A DNA stretch of 64,000 bases. It comes from Monocercomonoides exilis PA203. Taxonomy: Eukaryota; Protista; Preaxostyla. Of this stretch, positions 9,991-23,148 are shown one piece after another (within the stretch, counting starts at the first letter, position 1; the number at the start of each line of letters is the position of its first letter). Under the pieces are notes generated by a model, which saw only the letters and a list, made by a program, of their open reading frames with translations, did not search any database and had not been told where the DNA came from. The translations under genes and the position numbers were made by a program. The DNA is taken from assembly GCA_001643675.2 (NCBI GenBank), contig LSRY02000004.1:744001-808000 (forward strand). Reading direction: 5' to 3'.

Positions 9991-12900
9991 ATGGCAAGCT
10001 GCTGGATAAAAGCGGAATTATTTGATTTGGGCGTACTACCATTCTTGCATCGGGCTACACTGGATTTAAGTTCACTCTTTAATTTCATTTCTGTGTATTT
10101 TTCTGATAAAGACCCTGACAATCAAAGCCTTTCGTTTGCAGTATTTTCATTCATTGTATTAAACACTTCCATGTTCATTTTTTAGGATATCTGAATGGCT
10201 TACGCTTTCACAACAAAATCTCAAGTTAAATGAAAATGTTGCAAGATAGTTTGCATATTTTTTGAATTATCTTCAACTTTATTGTGAACACACAAAAGCA
10301 TTTTTGAAACGTTTCAGTTGCTTTGTTGCGATGTAACTCCTGGTAATTATATGGATACAGTCGAAATATTCAGTTTTATGATGTTCTTGTTTCTTCAAGT
10401 CTGCGCTCATCGTTGTGCGACTTCAAGAGATATTCCAGGTGACAGTTGGCCTTCATTGCCAAATCTTCGTCCATGCCTTCAAGAGTTACAAACAAAGATA
10501 GCTTCAGAAGCAACTCTACTGGCGTACATAATGTCTCATGTTAAAGTTTGATTCCATGAACTTTTGGAAAAAAAAATTGAAAACATATGATTCATATAAA
10601 TTTTTAGGAAGCGTTGTATTTATTGGCTTCTTGCACTGATCCGTCTTTGATTGATCAAATTATTCAACCTGCGGATGTTGGATCACCTCCATCTCTATCG
10701 CGTTCACTTTCTGGGGAAATTGCGACTACATCCCAAATGTACCGTAATCCTCGAGGTGGTTCGTATAAAACTTCGTTGACAGGAACCAGTTCAAATGGAG
10801 CTGGAACTATTCTTTCGTTCCCTCCACAGATCCAAGGAAAGGCTTCGATGAGAGCAGAGTTTTTTGATGCGTTGAGTGTGTTTATTGGAGGAGGGTACAC
10901 CCTTCAAGAAGAGGAAAGGCATTTGTCGGTTCTGACTGGACTTTGGGAAAAGGATCCAGAGGGAACAGTTCTTGTGACAACACTGGCGGTTTGTATCGTT
11001 TTTTCGTGAATATGAAATATGTCTTATGTGAAATTTGAAATATTATAATCAACTTCTTTCTTTTTAATATTTTTTTAAATAGGAATGGCTATCACAGCAC
11101 TTGAAGCCAAACCCACTTCGATATCCGCCAATAACATTCACTGGCCAGCTATCGCAATTTGGACGAGGACACAACTCTCTCTCAAATTCCTCTTCTTCTT
11201 CCTCCTCTTCTTCTTCTCCTTCTTCTGCAGAAAATACACAGACAGATCTCAATTCCTCACTTGATCAGGACTCACTCAGTGACATTTCACCGACTACTCT
11301 GACGACTGCTTCTTCACCTGCCACTCGTCATTCGTCTTCGTCTTCTTCATCTGCTTCTCCGTCTTTGACTTCTTCGTCTTCTTCTGATATTAAAAATGCT
11401 TCCCCTATATCTTTTCCTGTTGTTTTGCCTTTTCCAGACAGGCTTGAAAGATTATTTTTGAATTCTTCAAATATTTTGTTATTTCCACCTTTCTATTTTG
11501 ATTCATTTATGATTTATTTCACATACCGAATCATTTCTTTTCTTTCATATCCTTTTATCATTTTCATTGATCATTCACTTCCACTTCCAAATATCTTTTT
11601 TTTTTTTTTTAACCAGTCCCCTGATTCTCTCTCTTGTCAAAGTTACTTCTCTCCACATGCCCCGCAACCCATGCACCACGCGTATCATTGCCTGCAGCAA
11701 GGCGCATGTTTATATAACCACCCCAATTCGTGATTGCTCCATTGTCTCTTGTGAGGCATGCACCATCTTCATCGGCGCTGTGGAGAAGATGCTCTGCTTA
11801 GCATACTGCTCAAAAGTGACTGTCATCGCTGCTGCTGGCAGAGTGAAGCTGACGTTTGCATATTATTCTTCTTTTGAGAAATATAAACACTTTTTTTTGA
11901 AAAAATATTTTTTCTTTATCATTTGACTTCTTCTTTTCAAACAATTAAATATGTTTAAATTATTCTGAAATATTTCCATTCCATTTCATTTCATAAAAAC
12001 AAATACTATTTCTTTCTTTCTCTTTCTCTTTCTCTTTCTCTTTCTCTTTCTCTCTCTCGCCAGCAATTGTTCCGACATCACCCTGCATCTTCTCACACCC
12101 TCACCAATTTTGCTGACTCCATCATGCAAGCGTATCACTCTTGCCCCATACAACGCCTGCTGCTCATCTCTCTTGTCAAACATGGCTGCCTCGCATCTCG
12201 ACGTCCGGCTGTGCAACTGCTGGGACAAGGCTTTCATTTCAGACTCAAACGTGCTTCCTTCAGGTATTTTTAAAATGGATGGCTTTTAATAAATGCTGAA
12301 GCATTTTTTTAAAATCATTTTTTAATCCTTTTTTATGTTATAACTTGGATTGAGTTTCTTTCAAATGAAAAAATTTTATGCTGTCTTTTTATTCTATTTT
12401 GGCTATTTCTCAATTGCTAATGTTTTTTTTTTCCCTTTTTTCATCCGCATCTCAGCTCCATCCTCCCCTACTACGACACATTCACACTCCACTTCATCAA
12501 TCACAACATCCTCTTCTTCTTCTTCCTCCTCCTCCTCTTCCTCTCCATTTCCTTCTTTCTCTTCCTTCCTCACCGACTCCAGCAACTATACACTAGCCGA
12601 TCCTGCCACAACATCTGCCTTCCATCTGATGCATCCTTCTCAATTCTCTCCTTTTGCCATCCCGTTTTCATGCCCTGGTACTTTGTCCCATCAGCCTGGG
12701 TTTCCAGACATACCTCCTTTTTTGCCGGCAGCATATCAAGAGGAGATAGAAAGACGAAGAGAGGCGATTCGCTCGCTGCAAAGAGAAATATCTGGGGGAA
12801 GAAAGGGATTTGAAGGGGAAGGGGGAGAAAAGGGGGTACAAGGCAGAAAGGTAGAAGGTGCAAATGGGACAGCAGCGGCAGAAGAAGGAAGCGGAAAAGA

Positions 12901-13759
12901 TTTGGAGCATTCTTCTTCAGAAACTGAAGCAGAAGACGGGAAAACAAACAAATTGGAAAGCAAACTGGATCCGAAGTCAAAGCAGGCAAAGGAGTTGGCA
13001 GAAGGGAATTTATCATCCTCAGAGAAAGAGAGAGAGAAAGAGAAAGAAAAAGAGAAAGAGAAAGAAGGGCTGGATGCTGAGTCAGCGCAGAAAGTGGAGG
13101 CAATCATCCAGAGGAAGTTTCGCGAATGGCTTGTGTCGACGAACCAGCTGAGGCAGATACACGACCTGCTCCACATGCAGATGGGCAATGGACAGCCGTC
13201 TGTGATGACAAATACACAGACTGATGGAATGACGAGCGGAGTTGCTGCTGCTTCTTCATCATCGGTGGCTGCTGTTACTCCTGCTGCAACTTCAATTTCA
13301 GTGTCTTCGACATCTCCGTCGCAATCGCCAACTTCTTCTTCTTCTTTGTCTTCTTCTTCTTCCTCTTCCTCTGTCCCATCATCCACCGCATCTTCTCTTC
13401 CTTCTTCACGAAGTGCTTCATCTGCCTTTCCGTTTGTCCGCACGAAGGCGTCAGCTTCAGCCTCTTCGAGCCAAACAGCCTCAGTTGGCTCGTCTTCCGC
13501 TGCACCTGCCATCAGAGAAGCTGTTGGGAATGAAATATTGTCTCCCCCAATTATGCGAATGACTCGATCAACACACTCTCCTGGTGCTTCGAATGCTTCT
13601 TCTTCTATTTCTTCTTCTTCTTCTTCTTCACCGTCGACATCTGCTGTTAATTCTGGATCGCCGTCTGCTTCTGCGGCTGCTGCTTCTATTGTGTCAAAGT
13701 CTTCTTTGCTGCATTCAAACCAGTTGTCTTCTGAATCGCGCTCTTCAATGAAAATGTGA
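9991..13759 (+). CDS. TBCCD1: TBCC-domain-containing protein 1 (centriole/flagellar), 8 exons, with Ser-rich insertions and tail
   Basis: N-terminal WIKAELFDLGVLP. TBCC/CAP-C beta-helix (CSKAHVYITTPIRDCSIVSCEACTIFIGAV...LHLLTPSPILL...ITLAPYNA...NCWDK). C-terminal QRKFREWLVSTNQLRQIHDL. Confidence 0.88.
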
Positions 13760-14490
13760 AGAGGTTAATGATCACAAGAGTAGAGTTACAAAAGTTTTAA
13801 AATAATAGAAAAAAATACTTATATATTTTGTATATCATTTGAGCATCGCCCTCAAAACATACACCTTATGTAATTTTAATAATTATTTTATTTTATTTTC
13901 CTAATTTTTTAATATTTTATCTTTGATTAAGACATGTTTATGATTGTTTAAATTTTTTTCTCATAATTCTTTAGAATTATTCGCTTCAACACAAAAATAT
14001 AAGGATATTTGTATTTAACATTACACCTTGCATCACAATCAGATATTCTCAGTATTGCCTTTGAGTTTTCCAAAAAGTGAAAAACAGTTATTGTTTGGCT
14101 TTGAACAGAAAGTTTAATCGAAAAATGATAACTCGAAGAATTACAAAAGTTTTGATTCACAATCTCATTCTCATTTGTGTTGTCGACTTGGAAACTTCAG
14201 AAAAAAACCCATAAATATTTAAGAATATTCTCCTAATTGCTGCTACCATCAGAATAAAATTTAACGACGTTGAATTATAACAGTATTTATTCAAAGCTTA
14301 GTTGAAGGATTTTTCAACCAAATATTTTTTGCAATTTGTGCTGTTATAAATTTTCAACGCAGTTTTTGATTTATTTTACTGTTCTGCTGCATATTACAAG
14401 CAATTTCAAACGTAAATAGGGAACAATATAAACTGTGCAAATTTTAATTAAAAATCTTATTAAAAGAGAAAAAAATTACCTTTACAAAGA

Positions 14491-17130
14491 ATGAACAACG
14501 AATCTGTTTCATCTTCAACAATGAAATCATCATACGCCATCTTGGATGCTTTTCAAACTTCTTCTTCTTCTTCACTCAATAATGAAAGTCATTTTTTAAC
14601 CGACTTGAGTTCAGGGAAAACATCTTCACCATTTTCTTTTTCTGTTTATAATTCAAAGCAATTAAATGAGCCGCTAAATGCGCACATAACAAGATTATTT
14701 GCAACAAACATTCAAAGCAAATCAAAAGATATGCCAGAATCAATTTTTGATAATTTTGAGTCAATTGTTTTTCCTTACATGAAGCAGACACAAGATCATA
14801 TGAATGAGCTCACAGAAAACAGTAACTCTTTGACTTCTTTTCAGATGCATTCAATTGGTGACATTTATTCAACAAAAATTTCTGAGGATTGCTCTCGATC
14901 AACGAAGTTTGAGGAACAACGCTTGAAAGATGCGCAATTTACGAGTTTTCAAAATTTGAATGACATAGAAATGAAAACTTCTGCAACAGATGGAAAAGAG
15001 GGAAAAGAGGGAAAAGAAGGCTTTTCAAGACAAAATATTGATGCTCAAATGTCTATTAAGTTATCTCAGATTTCAAAGCCAGATGTTACAGTGCCAAATT
15101 TAATCAATGAAATTGTGCAACAATATACGAGGGAGAAGATAGAAGAAATGCAAAAGCAACAGTTTATTCAAGAAGATATCGGAAATTCAGTAAAAAACAG
15201 AGAGACTATTCGAACTGAAAAAATCGAGCAAGAAACCAGGAAAGAGCTTGCTCATCATTTTCTTTCATCTCCTTCATCAGTATCACAAAATTCTGTATTG
15301 TTTAACAGAACTTCTTCGCAAACTCAAATTGATGAATTGCTTGAACCTAATATAACAGAATGGAAACCTGTTGATGTGGGGCAAAGGCAATTTTGTTCCG
15401 ATGTAGAGATTATTGTGGATGGAATTCCCCGAAGTCAAATCGAAGAATCCGAACGAAAGCAGATTATTCAAAGATGGAGGAAGCAAGATCTTTTGGTTAT
15501 GTCTGGAAATCTCGATAATTCAATTTCTTTGTTACTAAGGATAAAACCAGAACTAGGGATGCCTTCAAATGATGACGTAAACTGTGAAATGAGTGCTGAG
15601 GAACAAAGTTCGATTCAAATTGAGAGCGGAAAAGATGCCAACAGTGAATATTTCAAAAGAAAAGAGCAGTCGGTGAAGAGACAGATTAAAGAAGCAAAAG
15701 AACATTGGAAGCTTTTTGGGGTATGGATTCAGAAAGACTGGGCGACCGATGAGTGGGAAAGGCAGATGTGGAGATTGGCAGCCGAACGAACGTTAAAGAA
15801 AGAATTCAAAGACGAACATGAAATGAAACAAAAAATGGAAACTAATTCAACATTGGAAGAGTTAAAGAATGAACTGAATGAGAAAATGAACGAAGAAAGC
15901 ACAGAAGATGATTTGCTGACACTGAAAAGAAAAGTTGCTGCGAAAGAAATGAAGCATATGGACAAAGAAAAAAAGAAGAATCTGAGCGAGGCTGATCGTT
16001 TTTGGATCAATTTCTTTCAATCAGAAGAAAAAGCTGATCATCTTAGCAGAGGCAATAAAGATGAATCTGAAGCAACATGCGCTGATTCATCTTCTTCTCA
16101 CCCAATATCCGATGAGGGATCTGATCCACCTATTGATGATTATAATGCAGCAGATAATTATTCAAGCTGTTATCGACTCCAAACAAGTGAATTTCCTTCA
16201 GATGTGGCTTCTGAATCATTTCCAATCCATTCTCTTTTCTCTTCTCATTCGCTTCCAACTTCTACAAATCCAAGCACAGATATAGCACGAACTATTTCAA
16301 ATCATCTGCCTCAACAATATATTCCTTCGAACAAATTGAATTTACAAAAGAAACCAAGCTTCTCGAATCAGTCAGATGAACATAGATCTTTTCAGTTAAA
16401 AAATTGCCAGCCATCGAATAGTGAGATGGCTTATTTTACAGATATTCATTTCCCACAAAGCAGCTTATCAAACTTCGATCTTCACTTTTCAAAAAAATTA
16501 ACAGAACAGACAATGACAAACCAATGTTCAAAGCTACAGTACCAAAAATCGAGTGACAAAACTGCATTTTCAGCCTTTTGTGGCGAATTAAGCGAGAACA
16601 ACGAAGATGAACAAACATGTCACTTTTTAATTGATGGATTTGAAAATGATAGTGAAAATGAAGCAATTGATCAAACATTTTTTGGTGATGCCTATCTTGA
16701 TGTTGAAGAACGGCGTAGGAAGTTTATTGAGAAAAGATGGAACGAAACACGAATCGAAGAAATGAGAAATTTGAGAGAATCTGGATATTTTGATGCTCCA
16801 GTTGTTGTTCTTTCGTGGAGAAGTCTGTTGAAGAAGAGGACAAAAGGTACAAGCAAAAAGAAAGATTGGAGATATGTCAAATTTAATTGCGCAATGCGTC
16901 TTGAGTGTAAACGTCATCTTTGCAACAGAGTTGAAGAATGGGGATTTGAAATGTTGGCTGAAATCAAAAAAGAGCGATTAATGAAAAAAACGAGAAATGG
17001 AAAGGAAATATGTTCTGTTCCTTACAAAAAACGCATTGCTCAGAATCACCAGCCAATTGTGCTATCTGTGCAGCAGTTAACGAACGCAAAGAACACAATG
17101 GAATTAATCAACTCCAGCTTTATTTCATGA
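14491..17130 (+). CDS. Hypothetical protein, 879 aa, intronless, charged/coiled-coil segments
   Basis: Uninterrupted 2.6-kb ATG-TGA ORF with coding-like composition between AT-rich flanks. No family recognised. Confidence 0.8.
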   Translation: MNNESVSSSTMKSSYAILDAFQTSSSSSLNNESHFLTDLSSGKTSSPFSFSVYNSKQLNEPLNAHITRLFATNIQSKSKDMPESIFDNFESIVFPYMKQTQDHMNELTENSNSLTSFQMHSIGDIYSTKISEDCSRSTKFEEQRLKDAQFTSFQNLNDIEMKTSATDGKEGKEGKEGFSRQNIDAQMSIKLSQISKPDVTVPNLINEIVQQYTREKIEEMQKQQFIQEDIGNSVKNRETIRTEKIEQETRKELAHHFLSSPSSVSQNSVLFNRTSSQTQIDELLEPNITEWKPVDVGQRQFCSDVEIIVDGIPRSQIEESERKQIIQRWRKQDLLVMSGNLDNSISLLLRIKPELGMPSNDDVNCEMSAEEQSSIQIESGKDANSEYFKRKEQSVKRQIKEAKEHWKLFGVWIQKDWATDEWERQMWRLAAERTLKKEFKDEHEMKQKMETNSTLEELKNELNEKMNEESTEDDLLTLKRKVAAKEMKHMDKEKKKNLSEADRFWINFFQSEEKADHLSRGNKDESEATCADSSSSHPISDEGSDPPIDDYNAADNYSSCYRLQTSEFPSDVASESFPIHSLFSSHSLPTSTNPSTDIARTISNHLPQQYIPSNKLNLQKKPSFSNQSDEHRSFQLKNCQPSNSEMAYFTDIHFPQSSLSNFDLHFSKKLTEQTMTNQCSKLQYQKSSDKTAFSAFCGELSENNEDEQTCHFLIDGFENDSENEAIDQTFFGDAYLDVEERRRKFIEKRWNETRIEEMRNLRESGYFDAPVVVLSWRSLLKKRTKGTSKKKDWRYVKFNCAMRLECKRHLCNRVEEWGFEMLAEIKKERLMKKTRNGKEICSVPYKKRIAQNHQPIVLSVQQLTNAKNTMELINSSFIS

Positions 17131-17502
17131 ATTTGAAACTTCCATATGATAATAATGTTGCTTTCTGAAATGGATAATTGTTCAAAAAGGAAAAGAGAAA
17201 TTCATTTGAGATTAAGTTGCTATTAGTTTCATTAATGTGGCTCAAAGAACTTCTTAATTTTTTAAAAGAAAGTATAACAACTATTTTATAAATAAGCTTA
17301 AAACACATTTTCAAGTTTTGAATTTCAAATATTTATTTTAAAAATTTCAAATTCGATGAACTTTTTTATTGTCTTTTTTTTCACCATTTTCTCAACAAAT
17401 CTTTTAAAAAAACACTGTAAAATATAACATAATCAACATCAAATGAAGAAATAAATTGTAACACATTTTAAAAATAATCTACATATTAATTAAATCTTAA
17501 AA

Positions 17503-20500
17503 TTATTTTGTGCTTTTTAGCAGAGCACCTCTTTTAGAAGTCAACAAGCCGGTTCGTTGAGTTGCGCTGCTATCTCTATGTAATGCTGTAGTTGATGCTG
17601 GAACACTATTAGCTTTTCCAATGAGTGCGCTAACTCTCCTTTCTCTTTCAGCACGAGTTGATGAGCTGAACGCATAGTCAAAGAAAGAAGTTGGAAGCGA
17701 ACAATAGTAAAGAAATTGATTTATTGAACATTGCATTTTTTTAAAAAAAAGTTCAATTATTTGCAATTATTTCAATTATGAAGTCAAAAAGGAACAAAAA
17801 GAATCAATGAACAGTCAAATGAAGAAGTGGTAGCAAACCGTCTCGCTTGTTCAGCTGTTGTCAGTCTGCAAATATTCTCATTAACATCCTGACTGGGCAA
17901 CACTGATACAACAGTCGAAGGCTCAGCTGATCCTGTTTCTGAACCAGAAAGATTGAGAGAAGGTGGAAGGAATCGATGGTGCGTTGATCCAAGTGTGTCA
18001 AATAACTATAAAGAACAATGATTAAATATATAGGTGGAAAAAAGTTTGAAGGTTCAAAACAAGACAGAAGAAAGAAACGAAAGAGATGAAAAATTAGTTA
18101 TTATATTCAAAATATGATTATTACGGACAAAAAAAGAAAATAAAAAAGAAAATAAAACATGATTCATCACTTTACAGAACAATAAATATTTTCTTTTTTT
18201 GTTTTTCAGCCATACGTTTGAATCAGTCTCATCAAACACAGTAGCCTGCTCGTCTTCCTCTGCATGTTGTTTTGCCAGCACATCGTTCAGAATCGAAGTG
18301 AATGAATAGATTTCAAGCAGTCCCTTTTCACCTCGTTTCGAATACATCGCTTGTATTATCTCTTTTCTCTTCTCTTCCATCCTCTTTCTTTCTGCCTCTC
18401 TCTCTTTCTCTGCTTCTGCTTCTGCTTCACTTTCATTAGCAATCTCACTTGCTTGAGACTCTCTCACTTCCTTTTCGCTTTGCTTCACTCCTTTCCTCCT
18501 TCCAGAAACAGGCGGAGTTCTTGCTGATCCTCGTCTTGACTCCGATCCTTTCACTTTCAGTTTTGGCTTTTCAACTTCTTTCGGCTTTTCCTTTTCTGCT
18601 TCTTCCACTTCTGCATTCTGCTCTGGTGCACCGTCTTCAGAAATCGAAATCTGAATGTTAACAACGTCAGCCAGCGACGACGCTTCATCAACGGGAGGAG
18701 GTGTTGGCGGTGGAGGATTCGGATTTGGTGATATTGTTGTTATGCAGTCACCAAACACTGAAAGAGGGTACTTTAATCCATCATCAGTTATACGTGAAAT
18801 AAGTTCGATGCCAATTGTTTCTGCTGCTTGCGCCTTTTGGCCTGTTATTGTTGAAAAGGATGATTGTGTTTGATTCAGCTGTCCAAGTCGACACCCACCT
18901 TCGCTTTGCATATCTCCTCTTTGGTTTAAACCAGTACGACAGCCCAAAGAAGATCCAGCCCTGCTCCCGCTTTTCCGCTCGTGCGAACAAGTGGCTCGGA
19001 ACACACGAATCATCCCGCTATCGTCACGCACAATGCACCCAAAACAGCAGTGCGGTGTAGCATCTGTCTGCCCAATCATGTCTCTCTCTTTCAGAGACAC
19101 CACATGCAGCTGTGCCACTTGCGGAATGACAGACGGAGGAAGTGAAGCAGCCATCGACGACTTCTGTTCAGACAACGTAGGAACAGGGCAATGCTTCACT
19201 GATGCGTCATACCGCGCTCTACGCCTTTGTGCACCTCCAACGCCCAGCCTGCCTTGCACAGTGGAACCAAAGAGAGCAGTTGGCGGGTGCGTAGCATTGA
19301 CAGTTGTGTGCGTGGCTGGATCGATGCTGACTTCAAACAGATACAGCCTTCCTTCACTGTCTGTTGCTGCCACGCGAATGCGAATGAGTGTGGCAAAGCC
19401 TTTCTGGCTGGATATGTCGCTCGTCTTGATCATGTCTTCAGATGTGCTCGTAGTAGTTTTTGGATCTGCTTTGCTTAAAGTTGTTGAATAATTCATTTTT
19501 GCTGTCTTTAAAGCCGAATTCTTAATATTTGTCATCGTCTTTGTATCTGCGGCAGTTCGAGTTTGTCTGGTATTTTGCATGCTTCCCTGAGTTGTTTTCG
19601 TCTGTCCCAACAGCTGCGTTCCTCGAAGATTCGTCGTAGCTGTTCCAGTCTTCAGCGAAGGTATCAGACTTGCAGACGAAGAAGCGCCCGGGATGCTCTT
19701 TGTTACATCAGCACTAAGGCCACTCGTCTTATCAGGAATAGGAGCAAGAACAGGAACTGTACACACAACAGGAAACGAGGTGGCCACATGAAGAAGCGGC
19801 AGAGGCGGGAGAGACAGCGACGTCGCTGGATGAAGAATGACAGGCTCCCCGCGGAACGAAAAGAGCGCAACTGATCCGTCATTGAATCCAACAGCACAAT
19901 GTGTTCCATAGCCGTCGCTTGTGCTGCAGGCGCGCACGTCTCCAGAGCAGCCCCCGAGGCTCATGACAGCTGACGGATAGCGCCAGAGAGTGTCTGGTGT
20001 GTGTGAAGGGGTAAATGAGAGGGAAGAGTGTTGTGAGGTAAACGGTGAAGTGAGAGAAGGATTGGGAGAAGGCGATGAACTGGCAGTTGGATGTGAATCA
20101 GACAAGGCTCCACGCGATTTGAGAGAGAAGCGAGAAACAGTATTTTTCCCTTTTCTGACAAGCAGCAGCGAAGATGGCAGGAAATACGGCATCCGCGAGG
20201 AATCTCTTGCAGCTGAAGGGGATGAAGACAGCTTCAGAGGGCTAAGTGCTGGATTTGGAGCAGACAGAAAGATGGCTGAAGGTGGGTGCTGTGGAGGCAC
20301 AAAGGACGGGGAGACAGCCCAGGAAGGTTTGAGCAGAGAGGCAGCTGATGAAAAAGCAAACGTCTCAGAAGTCTGCGATTGCTGAAGTGATGAAGGGATG
20401 GATGCTGTGGAAGACTGCCCTTTTGTTTTTCTGGTGGGCGTTCCAGGAGGCCCCCCAGCTCCTGCATTTTTGGATTCGCCTTTTCCAGTTTTGGCTTTTT

Positions 20501-22273
20501 CTTTTTCGCTGGCAGCACTTTCTTGCCCAGCATTTAGCTGCATTGCAGAGTTCTGCGCAGGTAAAGACGATGACTAACCGCGTTGAAAGAGAAGAAATGG
20601 CGGAAAAAGGATATTGTTATAATAATTGAGCACAGTTTGTTGTGACAGGAAAAAGAAAGGATCACATTATTTCATTGAAGTTTGAACAAGCCACAGCAAG
20701 CAGCACAAATCCGATAGATAATAAAAAAAAGGAAGAAAAAGGCAACTAACTTCAAAAAAAATGCAAAATTCTATTCTAGCAACAAACCTTTCCTTTTCCA
20801 CTCCACATCGAATCAGAGTCGTCAGCAACATCCAGCACCAAGTAGCTGCCATCGATCGGATCCAAACTGCTCTTTCCATTCAGAAACAGCAGCGGCTGCG
20901 ACTGGACAGCCACCAGGCCTGGGATCTGCATTGAAGACGCACCCGAAGCATCTGAAGCAGGCGGAGAAAGAGGCATCGCAGCGGAAGAAGCGGTTGCCGC
21001 AGACAGACGAGAGAAGCTCTGTGGCTGCTGGCTGGCTTCCTCAACCACGGAAAGTGAAGAAGGCAATGATCCGGGTGGGAACGAGGGGCGGCCGGGACTT
21101 GAAGTGATGCGGGAGGAGTTGGATGGGCTAGCAAAAGTTGGTGTTGATGTGGCAGAAACACTCGGTGAGTCAAAAAGAGTGGAAGATGGTCGACTTTGTT
21201 GGGTCGTGGAAAGATGCGACATGACGCGGGAATGCGACGGTGAAAAAGTTGACGGTTGGAATGAATGTGAAGGCTCTTCCCCATAGCCGGATGAAGTGCA
21301 GTCAGCACTGACGTCTGCAACAATAAGAGGTTGAAGTGTGTTCGGCAGAGGAATCTAATTTTTATATTGATAGATGATTATTCAAGTTTATATTCCAAAA
21401 AATGTTCAAATTAAATACATATAATCCATAAAATCCTCAACATTGCTGTTGAAAGAAATTTAAAATCAAACTTCAAATATGCGTAATCCATTTGCAATTG
21501 AAAGTGAAAGGTAAATTCGAAGTGGACGAATCGAAATTGGAGATAGAGACAATGAAATGAAATTATCAGGAACATTTTCTTCAGAAGAAGATCTAAGATC
21601 ACCTATCTCAAACAACCCTACAGCGCAACCTCGCAAGAATGCAGCAGTTGAGAAAAGAGGGATACAAAGCAGAACTATCGAAGGAGGACATATTTCAGCG
21701 GCTGGATGCTTAAAAGTTTCACATGATACCATTAAAGACAAATCGTAATCAGAGTTGGCATTAGGTGGAATCCCAAGAGCAGCTACAATCACAAATCGAT
21801 CATTAAGAAGCGAGCAAGAGATCTGATTAACGATTTTCCCATCACAAAAGACTTGCGTTTTAGAAACGCAACGTTGAGTTGCTGTTTCAAAAATTAATAC
21901 TTCTCCTTGCTCTGTTCCAATACAAATATATTGACCCCATCCAAATATTGTCGAACAATATGCATTTGATTTTCCGAGAGATATAATGCTCTTTAGCGAA
22001 GAAGATGAAACGACATCCTCTTCTCTTACATTCTCTGCAAAACGTATGTTCGGTTCAATAATATTCCATGCCTTGTCAATTACAGAATCTTTTAAAAACA
22101 ATTTATATGATCAATTCGGTTTAAATACACAAACCAACAAGTTTAGAAATTAAACGATAAGGTTGAGGAAGTTTTGCAATCAAGCAATTAGGATCAATGT
22201 ATGAGTCGATATCAGTTCCTTTGAGAGGGTTTCTATTTGATTTCAAAGTGAAATTTTTGGTAAAAAAGCTCAT
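17503..22273 (-). CDS. WDR93: WDR93 (CFAP297)-like ciliary WD-repeat protein, 6 exons, with low-complexity insertions
   Basis: Spliced LPQPYRLISKLVDSVIDKAWNIIE matches the WDR93 N-terminal signature (LPQPYRMINKLV...WEIIE). WD-like strands YICIGTEQGEVLIFE and CAVGFNDGSVALF. Five GT-AG introns join the track ORFs in frame. Confidence 0.78.
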
Positions 22274-23148
22274 AAGAAACTGTTTATGGGTTATTGAGTG
22301 GAACAAAAAGAAAATACAACAGCTTTAATTAAAGAACAAAATATTGAAATGATGTTTGAATATGGTCTGAATTTTTCTCAAAAATTATGTTTATTGATTT
22401 TTGTTTTAATTTTTTTGTTTTTCACAAAAAAGCTTATTAAAACAAAAGACAATAATGATAGTATTGTGTCAAATCATTTTGCTTTGATTGCATAGAAATT
22501 TCATCAATGGAGCATGATTTAATGACCTTCCTTTTTATTTTATTACTTCTATGGAATGTTTTTTTCGGTTCCTTCAAAAGAACAGCATTGAGTTAATATG
22601 TGTTCATTTCTTCAATAACCAAGCTCGCTTTTTTTGCTTTCAGCTTATGTTCGGAGTCATTACAAAGGCTCCATTTGTTAAGATATTTTTCAATGACACA
22701 AATGGAACAATAGCATTATTTTCTATTCTGAATAAGTTCCAATCCGATAACATTCATTCAAACATTCATATTCATTCCTTTCTTCAGAATGATAAGAATT
22801 CATAAATTGTTTTTTTTTATTAGTTGCCCAATTTCATTGAAGGATTTCCAGATTGATCATTTTATTTTTAAAGAAATTGTGTAAATGTGAAAACTTAAAA
22901 ATTACCATTAATTCGATGTTTTGAGCATATTAATAGAGGCATCAAACATAAATTTGATAAATGCGAATCGGCTATTTTCATTTCACTTTTATAATTTTGT
23001 TCTTTTCCTTTTATTTATGTGTTTTTGTTTTCTCCCCATAACTTAATAACAAAGACTGGAAAATGTGAAATTTTTCAAAGCTGCTAAATTTTTTGTTTTC
23101 GATATATAATTTGAGAGTATTTGTTTTTTATTTTGCAAAGGCTATAAA

